IMG/VR virus record: IMGVR_UViG_3300012920_000037
Span: 1 to 62,365 of that record
Strand: one strand, 5' to 3'
DNA: 62,365 nt
Source: a virus
Taxonomy: Duplodnaviria > Caudoviricetes
In this document: positions 9,501-17,748 of the stretch, piece by piece
Layout: each line of letters starts with the position of its first letter
Position numbering within the stretch: the first letter of the stretch is position 1
Translations under genes and position numbers: made by a program
The notes under the pieces: generated by a model
What the model was told of the DNA's origin: nothing
Seen by the model: the letters and a program-made list of their open reading frames with translations, nothing else
Databases searched by the model: none

Positions 9501-9743
9501 ATGGCTATCCGCCTTGCGTTGATCTCCGTATCGTCTTTACCTAAGCCGTCGTGGTTTATTCTCGATGAACCTGCAACCGCTCTCGATGCTGAGCACATGG
9601 AAGGCTTCACGAGACTATTGCAAATGATCAAGGCTCAATTTAAGACTGTACTGTTGATTACTCACCTAGATTCTCTCAAGGATGTAGTCGATAAGACAAT
9701 TGAAATTGATAAGGTCGATGGATATGCACACGTCAATTTGTAG
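6582..9743 (+). CDS. fused SbcD/Mre11 (gp47-like) nuclease and SbcC/Rad50 (gp46-like) ATPase
   Basis: DTH, GDL, GNHD, HG, GDIH phosphoesterase motifs; GKNYSGKSS Walker A; coiled coil with CRFC hook; ILDEP Walker B; ITH. Confidence 0.92.
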   Translation: MKRIAHISDTHIRNLKYHDEYRHVFNEIYDSLKQEQPDYIVHTGDLAHTKTQLSPEYFEMASNFLKSLADIAPTIMILGNHDGNLKNGDRQDAVTPVIEAMQHPNFTLLKNSGEYSPESGLTFNVLSVFDRSNWQKPSNNSSINIALYHGAIQGSLVGSDFSLDHGEDDVSIFGDFDYAMLGDIHRTQYLDKAKRVWYAGSTVQQNFGESELKGYLIWNIHSKDKHSVEKRLFRSPRPFITVSLNKDGTLPKRDVPRGSRLRLVSNYNLPVAKLKRACDYAQVKWSPYTVSFVNKAAHSSLAGSNGISAGKSINMRDEKNQEKFLLEFLKNKEIEQEIKDRVLELSREYLKKVSNGNEVSRNVLWDIRKMSWNNLFNYGKGNTIDFTKINGLVGIFGKNYSGKSSIIDAALFGLFNTTSKGERKNVHIINQNKERASCRLEIAVGDDVYKIARSLEKTTTKSKGREVQSAKTDLDFTKYNFGTQAESKNGDTRNKTDENIRKTFGSLEDFMMTSLAAQNDSFGFVNEGSTKRKEILAKFLDLQIFEQMNKLAKADSSEMRGVIKHLNSVDWEKKLARAKAEFEEIVEDITEQQSLCEKHKSRLTELKDEQQLIKDQVEAASQKEIDVDDVKSLLSKARKSLSSNSKEMDRLSTEIATKRSKIEDLTLRLPSLLEESTTAQEELDALEIIKSEIKETQKSVDKAKREKSRLQSKIDMLHDHEYDPNCRFCCDNEFVKKAEEAKVTIVDIQKDIENLNSAMLDLKMKASLINEVYSRAVVQDYEVQRDTLSKEQSEVRNMSLQWENCEGKVSLMERRIQDYEADIAYYNENIEAYENLTSLRRDLQAINKTVSLKEDQIKKCEVKVLEYMSEKGSSKRTIEEAEERIDQIKAAERDYIAYDLFVQATHANGISYEVIKSMMPVINAEIQKILSSIVDFEVFFDNDGDKLEVYLQHPKYDPRPLSMGSGAEKTIASMAIRLALISVSSLPKPSWFILDEPATALDAEHMEGFTRLLQMIKAQFKTVLLITHLDSLKDVVDKTIEIDKVDGYAHVNL

Positions 9744-9752
9744 ATAGTTGAA

Positions 9753-9759
9753 CTATTTA
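9753..9759 (+). promoter_or_regulatory. putative late promoter motif CTATTTA
   Basis: intergenic, 24 nt before ATG 9784. Confidence 0.6.
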
Positions 9760-9783
9760 GAGCATTCTTTTGGAGGATTTATT

Positions 9784-9978
9784 ATGGAAAATGAAGACAA
9801 AGGGGTGCTCGACGCTGTTCAAGAGAAACTTATCTCTCGAAAGCTTTTAGTGTTCGCAGTAGCAACTGCCTTAATGTATTTCTCAGACTTAAGTTCTGAT
9901 ACATGGGGTATGATTGCTATAACTTACATCGGTGGTCAAACTGCGATCGATTTCGCCAAAGCTTGGAGGAATGGATAA
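9784..9978 (+). CDS. holin-like small membrane protein
   Basis: 64 aa, SRKL followed by two hydrophobic helices; start at 9784 after GGAGG. Confidence 0.6.
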   Translation: MENEDKGVLDAVQEKLISRKLLVFAVATALMYFSDLSSDTWGMIAITYIGGQTAIDFAKAWRNG

Positions 9979-10346
9979 TGTGGGATTGGATTAAAGATAA
10001 GTGGGAACTTGTAGTTTCCGCCCTCGTTGTGTTGACGGTTTTCATTCTTGGGCGCAAAAAACAAGTTGCTTCTGAGGAGATGGTTGAAGATATCATTGAT
10101 ATAAAAGAAAAAGAGGCTGAAGTAATTGAAGAAGTCTCAGCAGAAGAAAAACTTAGGCTAGCTAAGGCTCATCAAAAATACATCAACACACGCGTAGCAC
10201 TTAGAAAGCAACATCGTGCAGCGCAGACTGAACTTGAAAGAGAAACAATCAATAGAAAACTAGATCTCATCGAGTTGGCTAAAGAAAATCCAGGAGAGAT
10301 TGACAAGATCTTGATGGAAGAATTAAACATCGCGAAGCTAAAATGA
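9978..10346 (+). CDS. membrane-anchored coiled-coil protein (i-spanin-like)
   Basis: N-terminal TM helix then charged coiled coil; start 9978 coupled to upstream stop. Confidence 0.55.
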   Translation: MWDWIKDKWELVVSALVVLTVFILGRKKQVASEEMVEDIIDIKEKEAEVIEEVSAEEKLRLAKAHQKYINTRVALRKQHRAAQTELERETINRKLDLIELAKENPGEIDKILMEELNIAKLK

Positions 10347-10753
10347 TTTGGCTTCTCACCGCACTTGCATTTGCCGAGCCGCTTATGGCCCCCTTGTCCG
10401 AAGGAGAGGCGGCTCCTTTTGCTGGTAGACTGTTCAATGATGAGGCTGTTGTCTCAATAATCACAATGAAAGAGTTCGCAGAATCTCAGTGCACAATCAA
10501 CTCCGCTCTTGATTTTTCTCTTCAACTTGCGGAAAAACAACACCAAATTGACTATTTAGACATTGAAAAGCAAGCTTTGCAAGCGAAGTACGATGCGATG
10601 GTTGAGATCAAAGACGAAGAAATTGAAACCCTAAGAAGATATTCGAGCACAAAAAGGTCCTCTTGGGTGTTCTTTGGGGGATTTGCACTCGGCACAACAG
10701 CATCTCTACTGACTTATTATGCTGTTAACAAAATAGACGTGAGTGTTCAATGA
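10343..10753 (+). CDS. secreted coiled-coil protein with C-terminal TM (spanin-like)
   Basis: signal peptide ending AFA, coiled coil, C-terminal hydrophobic helix. Confidence 0.5.
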   Translation: MIWLLTALAFAEPLMAPLSEGEAAPFAGRLFNDEAVVSIITMKEFAESQCTINSALDFSLQLAEKQHQIDYLDIEKQALQAKYDAMVEIKDEEIETLRRYSSTKRSSWVFFGGFALGTTASLLTYYAVNKIDVSVQ

Positions 10754-11118
10754 GTAAAGATCCAAATTACGCCGTAAAGGTTGAAAAGGCAATAGCCGAG
10801 AAGTACGGCAAGGAAGCAGTTGTGAATCCCAAGTCACAATGGGATGACGATAAAGAAAAGCAGTACCTCGAGGAGCTTAAGTCGAACTATCGATACGATA
10901 AAGCCGAGAGCGAGAAAGAGGACTTGGACGGAGTTTTAATCTCAAAACAACTACTTAATAGAGAATCGAGGCGTTCATGCCCAACATGTAATACGTATTC
11001 ATTCAAATCCGTGGATGATTTATATATGACGAAATTTGATTGCTGCTACAAGTGTTACATACAATGGGTGGAAGGTCGAGAAGAAAGATGGAAATCAGGT
11101 TGGAGACCAAACAAATGA
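10750..11118 (+). CDS. hypothetical zinc-binding protein
   Basis: CPTC and CYKC motifs. Confidence 0.75.
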   Translation: MSKDPNYAVKVEKAIAEKYGKEAVVNPKSQWDDDKEKQYLEELKSNYRYDKAESEKEDLDGVLISKQLLNRESRRSCPTCNTYSFKSVDDLYMTKFDCCYKCYIQWVEGREERWKSGWRPNK

Positions 11119-11435
11119 AACTAAATAAAGAAACACTAAAAAGAATTATCAAAGAAGAACTTGAAGCCGTTATGAATGAGTCAGATCGTTTTCAAGGACA
11201 AATTCCACAAGAGCTGTGGTCTATAGGTGACTATGAAGATGCTCGAGACGAAGGAATGCTTGGTCGTCTTAGTAGCTACAGCGACGAAGAGCTTCAAATG
11301 AAAATTGAACAACTCGAAGAAGAAATTGAAGATGAAAAGAACTATATGGACGATCCTCAAAACCAGTACGATTCAGCAATTGCTCCGAAAGAAGCATTAA
11401 TCAATTTCATTCAGGACATCTTACAAAGGAGATAA
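11115..11435 (+). CDS. acidic hypothetical protein with class A leader
   Basis: start at ATG 11115: MKLNKETLKRIIKEELEAVMNES. Confidence 0.8.
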   Translation: MKLNKETLKRIIKEELEAVMNESDRFQGQIPQELWSIGDYEDARDEGMLGRLSSYSDEELQMKIEQLEEEIEDEKNYMDDPQNQYDSAIAPKEALINFIQDILQRR

Positions 11436-11438
11436 CAA

Positions 11439-11999
11439 ATGAGCAAAGAAACATTAGAAATTATTGAAGGACTCGCTCAAGCTGCTGCTAACGGATCATA
11501 CGATGGTGGACAGCATATGGAGAACTACTCTCTTGATGGGCAGATTCGTAAGACCGGTCTAAAAAGAGAAGAAGGAATTCCTCTTCTTGACAAACGTTGC
11601 ATTGACGGATTCAAAGTCAAGTTCTATGGAGACTCTATGATCATCAACTATCAATCAGATGTTAGAATGAAAGAACTCAAAGATAACGGATTTGAAAACG
11701 ACATCGTTCGCACCATCAATGAAGTAAAGAAGTTCTTGCAAAAAGAATACAAAACAATTACTGGTAAGTCCGTATCGTTGACCGCGAAAGGTGACCCACA
11801 GATTATCATCCAGTCAACATCACACGTTCGCACATTTGTTCAAGCGTATCAACACTATAAGATTGGAAGCCTTAAAATGGATCAGATCGTCGCTCCTTCA
11901 GAAGATACCACTCGAGATATTACAAAAAAGTTTTTGGAAGCAGCAAAAGCAAAGCGTCCTCAGAACGAAAAGATCAAGGCATCAGACAATCAAAAATGA
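11439..11999 (+). CDS. hypothetical protein
   Basis: ORF with AGGAG RBS, operon-coupled. Confidence 0.75.
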   Translation: MSKETLEIIEGLAQAAANGSYDGGQHMENYSLDGQIRKTGLKREEGIPLLDKRCIDGFKVKFYGDSMIINYQSDVRMKELKDNGFENDIVRTINEVKKFLQKEYKTITGKSVSLTAKGDPQIIIQSTSHVRTFVQAYQHYKIGSLKMDQIVAPSEDTTRDITKKFLEAAKAKRPQNEKIKASDNQK

Positions 12000-12556
12000 A
12001 ACTTACAAAAGAAACACTAAGGCGAATCATCAAAGAGGAGCTCGAGTTATCCTTGCAAGAGCAAGATATTAATGAAGGGTTCTTCGATTCTTTCTTTGGC
12101 AGAGGCGAAAAGGAAACCGTGTCTTTACCTGGTTCACAAAAAGGAGAATCTGCTTTCTTAAGTCGACCAGGTAGCATTATCAGAAACAGCCTTATTAAGA
12201 CTCAAAATGAAGATAGTTTGGAAGATATGGTGCACCTCTTTAGAGACCAGATCCCTTCCGACGAGATAGAACTATTCAACCAAATAATTGCAATTATCGC
12301 CACATTAAAAAAAGAGCATAGTGAATACGACAAAATTTTAAAAAATTATTATCAATGGAGCAAATTAGGCCGACGACAGCTCTCTAGATGGTGGGATTGG
12401 GTTAAGGACCCACCAAGACTTAGCAGAGCTACCAGGAAAACCATGAAAGCCTACGAGAGCCTTGTGCAGATTGATCCTGAGATCGCTGAGGCATTGGTAA
12501 AATATAAGCCAAAAGAAGTAATTACTCAAAATCCAGACTTCACTCGACGTTTTTAG
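11996..12556 (+). CDS. hypothetical protein with class A leader
   Basis: MKLTKETLRRIIKEELELSLQEQDINEG. Confidence 0.8.
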   Translation: MKLTKETLRRIIKEELELSLQEQDINEGFFDSFFGRGEKETVSLPGSQKGESAFLSRPGSIIRNSLIKTQNEDSLEDMVHLFRDQIPSDEIELFNQIIAIIATLKKEHSEYDKILKNYYQWSKLGRRQLSRWWDWVKDPPRLSRATRKTMKAYESLVQIDPEIAEALVKYKPKEVITQNPDFTRRF

Positions 12557-12564
12557 GCGGGCAA

Positions 12565-14142
12565 ATGAAACTAACCAAAAATGAAATTGTTAAAGAACTT
12601 GTAAAGTGCGGTAAGGACCCTCAATACTTCATCGATAACTATTGCAAGATTTCGCACCCAATGCATGGTCAAATTCCATTCAAGACTTATGACTATCAAA
12701 AGGAGATGCTTAAGAACTTTAACGACTATCGTTTTAACGTAATCTTAAAAGCAAGGCAGCTCGGGATCTCAACCATCTCGGCTGCTTATGTTGCTTGGTT
12801 CATGCTATTTCATCGAGAAAAGAACGTTCTCGTTATCGCAACTAAACTATCCACAGCAACAAACCTTGTAAAGAAAGTCAAGATGATCTTCCGTAACCTT
12901 CCACAGTGGATGTTGATTGCGAAGATTGCTGTTGACAACAAACAATCATTTGAATTAACAAATGGCTCTCAAGTAAAAGCCGGAACCACATCAGGAGATG
13001 CTGGTCGTTCGGAAGCATTATCATTGCTCATTATAGACGAGGCAGCGTTCGTTGACGGACTCGAAGAGCTTTGGACGGGTCTTTACCCTACTTTGTCTAC
13101 AGGAGGGCGCTGCATCGCTCTGAGCACCCCTAACGGCGTTGGAAATTGGTTCCACAAAACCTATACCGAATCTGAGAACTCAATGAACGATTTCTTTCCA
13201 ACAAAATTAAACTGGGATGTTCACCCAGACAGAGATGATGAATGGTACGAGAAAGAAACTAGAAACATGTCCAAGAGACAGATCGCACAGGAGTTGGAGT
13301 GCTCCTTTAATGCGTCCGGGGAAACTGTTATCAATCCTGAAGATTTACAAAGATTGCATGAGTGTGTAACAGATCCACTATACAGAACAGGGTATGACCG
13401 AAACTATTGGATCTGGGAGAAGTATCAAGAAGGCGTGCCGTACTTGTTGGTTGCTGACGTTGCTAGAGGCGATGGCGCAGACTTTAGTTGTTTTCATGTG
13501 TTGAGAATAGACACCATGACTGTAGTTGCTGAATATCAAGGTAAACCAGATCTCGACATGTACGCTGGAATATTGTACTCTGCTGGTAATGAATATGGAT
13601 CATGTCTTTTAGTGGTGGAGAACAATGGTATTGGTATTGCTGTCCTAGAAAAGCTAAAAGAAATGAACTACAGCAAGATCTATTATTCCATTAAGTCAAC
13701 ACACGAGTATGTGGAGTCATATCTAGCCGAAGGCGACGCTAGAGCCGTATTAGGCTTTACAACATCAACAAAGACAAGACCGCTAATTGTAGCCAAATTG
13801 GAGGAGTACGTTAGAAACAAACTAATTAATATACACTCTAACCGTGTTTTTCATGAACTAAAAACTTTTATTTGGCACAACGGCAAGCCACAAGCAATGC
13901 GCTCTTACAATGACGATTTGGTTATGTCCCTGGCTATAGCATGCTGGGTTCGAGACACAGCCCTATCAGAAAACGAAAGAGACATGGCTTACAAAAAGGC
14001 GATGCTAGGTGGATTGATGAAGTCGACAACAACGATGAATACTCAAATCAAAGGTCAAAAGTTTTACAATGAAACGTTCTACGAAAAACACGAGGAGGAA
14101 ATAAAGAAGACAAAAGAATTCTTCTGGATATACAAAGGATAA
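12565..14142 (+). CDS. terL: terminase large subunit (T4 gp17-like)
   Basis: YDYQ, KARQLGIST Walker A, IIDEAAF Walker B, STPNG, ADVARG and DDLVMSLA nuclease motifs. Confidence 0.96.
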   Translation: MKLTKNEIVKELVKCGKDPQYFIDNYCKISHPMHGQIPFKTYDYQKEMLKNFNDYRFNVILKARQLGISTISAAYVAWFMLFHREKNVLVIATKLSTATNLVKKVKMIFRNLPQWMLIAKIAVDNKQSFELTNGSQVKAGTTSGDAGRSEALSLLIIDEAAFVDGLEELWTGLYPTLSTGGRCIALSTPNGVGNWFHKTYTESENSMNDFFPTKLNWDVHPDRDDEWYEKETRNMSKRQIAQELECSFNASGETVINPEDLQRLHECVTDPLYRTGYDRNYWIWEKYQEGVPYLLVADVARGDGADFSCFHVLRIDTMTVVAEYQGKPDLDMYAGILYSAGNEYGSCLLVVENNGIGIAVLEKLKEMNYSKIYYSIKSTHEYVESYLAEGDARAVLGFTTSTKTRPLIVAKLEEYVRNKLINIHSNRVFHELKTFIWHNGKPQAMRSYNDDLVMSLAIACWVRDTALSENERDMAYKKAMLGGLMKSTTTMNTQIKGQKFYNETFYEKHEEEIKKTKEFFWIYKG

Positions 14143-14145
14143 AAA

Positions 14146-16089
14146 ATGGCCCGCAACGATAGAAACCCTAACAACAATCAAAATGATTTATTTAAAGCTT
14201 TAACAAGAATGTTCTCGGGGCCAATTACCCAACGACGAACACAGTCCGGACGACAACTAAGGCGCCGGCACCTTGATATTTACGCCAAAAGATTCAAGTC
14301 AGCATCGGGAAAGCAGTTCAAGAAGACTGAATACAATCCAATGAACATCATGACCCTGAACATGATTTCAAACAGAAATCGTTCAGAACGATATGTTGAC
14401 TTTGACCAAATGGAATTTACACCAGAGATCGCATCATCTCTAGATATTTACGCAGACGAGATGACGACTCACTCGTCACTTACTCCAATGCTACACATCA
14501 AATGCCCGAATGATGAAATCAAGTATATGCTTCATTCCTTATACTATAACACAATGAACATTGAACATAATTTGTTTGGTTGGGCAAGAACAATGTGCAA
14601 ATACGGAGATATGTTTTTGTATCTCGACATTGACGAAGAGAAAGGTTTGCAAAACTGTATCGGTCTTCCGCCACAAGAAGTTGAGAGACTAGAAGGAGAA
14701 GATCCTACAAACCCAAATTATGTACAGTTTCAGTGGAACAACGCCGGCCTTACTTTGGAGAATTGGCAAATCGCACACTTTCGTGTTCTTGGACACGACA
14801 AGCATGCTCCATACGGAACATCCGTTCTAGAGCCCTCTAGACGCATCTGGAGACAACTTACACTGCTTGAAGATGCAATGATGGCTTACCGTATCGTAAG
14901 AGCTCCTGAGCGTCGTATATTCAAGATTGATGTTGGTGGCGTTGCACCACAAGACGTTGAGCAATACATGCAGAAGATCATGACTCAAATGAAGCGTCAC
15001 CAAGTTGTTGATCCACAAACTGGTCGTGTTGACTTGCGTTACAACCCGTTATCAATCGAAGAAGATTATTTTATCCCTATTCGTGGAGGACAGTCATCCA
15101 CCGACATCATCAACCTTCAAGGTGGAGCAATGACCGCAACGATCGAAGATGTCAAGTATCTGCGAGATAAATTGTTTTCTGCCTTGAAAGTTCCACAGTC
15201 TTACCTGTCGATGGGTGAAGGATCTGGTACTGAAGACAAGACAACTTTGGCACAAAAAGATATTAGGTTCGCAAGAACCATTCAAAGACTTCAACGAGTC
15301 ATTCTATCAGAACTCGAGAAGATTGGAATTATTCACTTATATACTCTCGGATATCGTGGAGACGACTTATTAAACTTTAAACTGTCTCTGAATAATCCTT
15401 CTAAGATTGCCGAGATGCAAGAGCTTGAACATTGGAAGACCAAGTTCGACATTGCTGGTGCTGCTACCGAAGGATTCTTCTCCCGTCGTTGGATTACTGA
15501 AAATCTTCTTGGACTATCTCAAGACGAATACCTCAGAATGCAACGTGAGATGTTCTCCGATAAGAAGTTTATGGCTGCTCTTGAAGCTGCTGCCCAACCA
15601 CCTGCTGAGGGTGGCGGAGACGCTGGTGGAGGCCTCGGAGGAGATCTTGGAGGTGGAGACCTAGGCGGAGACTTAGGAGGCGATCTAGGTGGAGATTTGG
15701 ACCTCGGAGGGGATGATGCTGGAGGAGGTGATACACCTGCTGCGCCTGCTGGGGGAGATGACAAAGATGAAGGTGACCTCTTAGCTGAACCTCCTGCGAA
15801 GCGTGATGACGATTCAAAACGTCGAGGGCCATACAAGAAGCACAAGATTACATATCGCAAAGGCGGATTCTCAAAACAAATGAAGAATCAAGCATTTAGC
15901 GGAGAAGTTCGAGGATCAACATCTCGAACGACATTTCCGGGCAAAGTTGGCTTTGGAGGAATGGACTCATTAGCTCGAGGAGTATTTGAGGGCGATGTGA
16001 AAGAAGAAGAGAAACTATTTAGCATTGATGCAGAGATCAAGACTTTGCTAGAATCACTAAACAAAAAGGAAGAATCCGATGAAACTTAA
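14146..16089 (+). CDS. portal protein (T4 gp20-like) with low-complexity C-terminal tail
   Basis: LLEDAMMAYRIVRAPERRIFKIDVG, EDYFIP, IEDVKYLRDKLFSALKVP motifs. Confidence 0.95.
   Translation: MARNDRNPNNNQNDLFKALTRMFSGPITQRRTQSGRQLRRRHLDIYAKRFKSASGKQFKKTEYNPMNIMTLNMISNRNRSERYVDFDQMEFTPEIASSLDIYADEMTTHSSLTPMLHIKCPNDEIKYMLHSLYYNTMNIEHNLFGWARTMCKYGDMFLYLDIDEEKGLQNCIGLPPQEVERLEGEDPTNPNYVQFQWNNAGLTLENWQIAHFRVLGHDKHAPYGTSVLEPSRRIWRQLTLLEDAMMAYRIVRAPERRIFKIDVGGVAPQDVEQYMQKIMTQMKRHQVVDPQTGRVDLRYNPLSIEEDYFIPIRGGQSSTDIINLQGGAMTATIEDVKYLRDKLFSALKVPQSYLSMGEGSGTEDKTTLAQKDIRFARTIQRLQRVILSELEKIGIIHLYTLGYRGDDLLNFKLSLNNPSKIAEMQELEHWKTKFDIAGAATEGFFSRRWITENLLGLSQDEYLRMQREMFSDKKFMAALEAAAQPPAEGGGDAGGGLGGDLGGGDLGGDLGGDLGGDLDLGGDDAGGGDTPAAPAGGDDKDEGDLLAEPPAKRDDDSKRRGPYKKHKITYRKGGFSKQMKNQAFSGEVRGSTSRTTFPGKVGFGGMDSLARGVFEGDVKEEEKLFSIDAEIKTLLESLNKKEESDET
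15625..15720 (+). repeat. GGDL coding repeat in portal tail
   Basis: GGGLGGDLGGGDLGGDLGGDLGGDLDLGGDD. Confidence 0.75.
16015..16021 (+). promoter_or_regulatory. putative late promoter motif CTATTTA
   Basis: in portal 3' end, about 58 nt before ATG 16079. Confidence 0.45.
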
Positions 16090-16297
16090 CAAAGAAACAC
16101 TGAAGCAAATTATCAAAGAAGAGCTGGAATCTATAATGGACGAGTCCATGTATATGGACGCAACTCCCTATGAGCTTGGATATGATGCTGGCTTTGTGAA
16201 TATGCCTGCGTCTGTTGATATGATGGATAATGAAGAATACATGCGAGGTTACAACGAAGGCTTAGCAGCAGGTGGACACCCACCTTTAAGATACTAA
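16079..16297 (+). CDS. small protein with class A leader
   Basis: MKLNKETLKQIIKEELESIMDES then two YxxGYxxG motifs. Confidence 0.75.
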   Translation: MKLNKETLKQIIKEELESIMDESMYMDATPYELGYDAGFVNMPASVDMMDNEEYMRGYNEGLAAGGHPPLRY

Positions 16298-16316
16298 AAA
16301 CAACTAGGAAGTCAAC

Positions 16317-17138
16317 ATGAAACATAATAAGAAAAGAAATACCGCTTTTCTTTACGAATGTCTGATTCGTGAACTAACAAAAGCAATTATAAAAGAAGAC
16401 AAGATTAAACAAACAAAAGTTAAGGGTCTTTTACGTGAGTTTTTTACAAAAGGAAAGGTTCTTGGTAAAGAGCTTGATCTCTACAAGTCCCTACTCGAAA
16501 GCAAAGAACTCAATCAAGACTTTTCTCGTCGACTCATGGTCGAGACTAAAAAAGACTTTGATGCAATTGATCGCAAGAAAGTATTCAACGAGCAAACATC
16601 ATTGATCAACAAGATCAATAAGGCACTTGGTAATCACGCATTTTCAAACTTCGTACCAAACTACAAAGACATCGCCACCATTGGTTTGTATTTCCAGAAC
16701 TCAAATCTCAATGCAAAGAAAAGAATCATGCTTGAAGACAAGGTGGTAGGATTTCTTACCAGATTGGATGAGAACCAGACAGAGATGAAACCGGTTGACT
16801 CTCTAGAGTTCAAGATGTTCGTGAAAAGATTTAACGAAACATATGAGCACTCATTGTTGAGAGAACAAAAAGATTTGTTAAGTAATTTTATTGTATCGTT
16901 CTCTGATAACGGCTTGGGGCTAAAGTCTTTCCTGAACGATGAAATTGGTCGACTTAAAGAAGCCGTTAGTGCGCATATTATAGAAGGGTCTGATACTGCA
17001 TTAAACGAAAACTTTAAAAAAGTTAGAGCAAAACTGGATGGTTATGCGAAAACTCCTGTAAACTCCAAGATGGTAGAGGAAGTGTTCTACATCCAAGATC
17101 TTTTAGCGGAGGTAAAGCGAAATGCCGATAAACATTAA
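16317..17138 (+). CDS. hypothetical head-module protein
   Basis: MKHNKKRNTAFLYE start, helical, lies between portal and protease. Confidence 0.75.
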   Translation: MKHNKKRNTAFLYECLIRELTKAIIKEDKIKQTKVKGLLREFFTKGKVLGKELDLYKSLLESKELNQDFSRRLMVETKKDFDAIDRKKVFNEQTSLINKINKALGNHAFSNFVPNYKDIATIGLYFQNSNLNAKKRIMLEDKVVGFLTRLDENQTEMKPVDSLEFKMFVKRFNETYEHSLLREQKDLLSNFIVSFSDNGLGLKSFLNDEIGRLKEAVSAHIIEGSDTALNENFKKVRAKLDGYAKTPVNSKMVEEVFYIQDLLAEVKRNADKH

Positions 17139-17748
17139 ACTAACAGGTGAAGAAGAAGTTGAAGAAACAGAAGGTTCAACAATTAAAGTAAAGATTGTCA
17201 AAGCTGATTCTGAAGGTATGCCGGAAGAAGATGGTGTAAAAATTGAAGTTGTTGAGAAAGACAGAATCGAAGCCAAACTTAAGCTACGGTCTGCTATCAA
17301 TGGCGACTTAATGATTCTAGACCACAAAGACATCGACATCGTTATTAAGCAAGGAGATAAGAAGATTATAGCTTTTGCTAAAGAGACTTTGTCGGATTTA
17401 GTATACGGAGCAGAAGCTCGATTGCTTGAGTATTTGAGAAGAAATGGCTTGATTGAAATTGATTCTATCCAAGGCGGTAACATCTATGGATCTTTGGAGG
17501 GCAAATTGCAAGAAGGAAAAAAAACTGTTGAAGTCACACTGATGAAAATCTCTGAATGGATGGAAACAGAAGAGCCAATGATGTCTGGACGAACAGGGTA
17601 TGACGACATGCAAGATGATCACTTGTTGTCACCAGACGGAGAATTCTCAACAGAACTCGGAGAAGTACCTCACGAAGAGGAAAAGGGGTCAATCCGACAA
17701 CACAACCTTTTCGCTCCATATTTATATGGGAGATATACCTATGAGTAA
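17122..17748 (+). CDS. acidic hypothetical head-module protein
   Basis: GGAGG RBS, overlapping operon arrangement. Confidence 0.75.
   Translation: MPINIKLTGEEEVEETEGSTIKVKIVKADSEGMPEEDGVKIEVVEKDRIEAKLKLRSAINGDLMILDHKDIDIVIKQGDKKIIAFAKETLSDLVYGAEARLLEYLRRNGLIEIDSIQGGNIYGSLEGKLQEGKKTVEVTLMKISEWMETEEPMMSGRTGYDDMQDDHLLSPDGEFSTELGEVPHEEEKGSIRQHNLFAPYLYGRYTYE

Noticed and set aside
12565-12610. Terminase starts MKLTKNEIVKEL, similar to class A leader
   Set aside because: Lacks the L-K-x-I-I-x-E-E core and following cleavage-like site; E..KC..DP.YF is the normal gp17 N-terminus
17600-17740. Upstream extensions given in the ORF track (also 2242, 4780, 6214, 9748, 9903, 11040, 29806, 56252, 57448)
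   Set aside because: They overlap promoters, terminators or upstream genes; downstream ATGs have RBS or coupling and expose the conserved leaders
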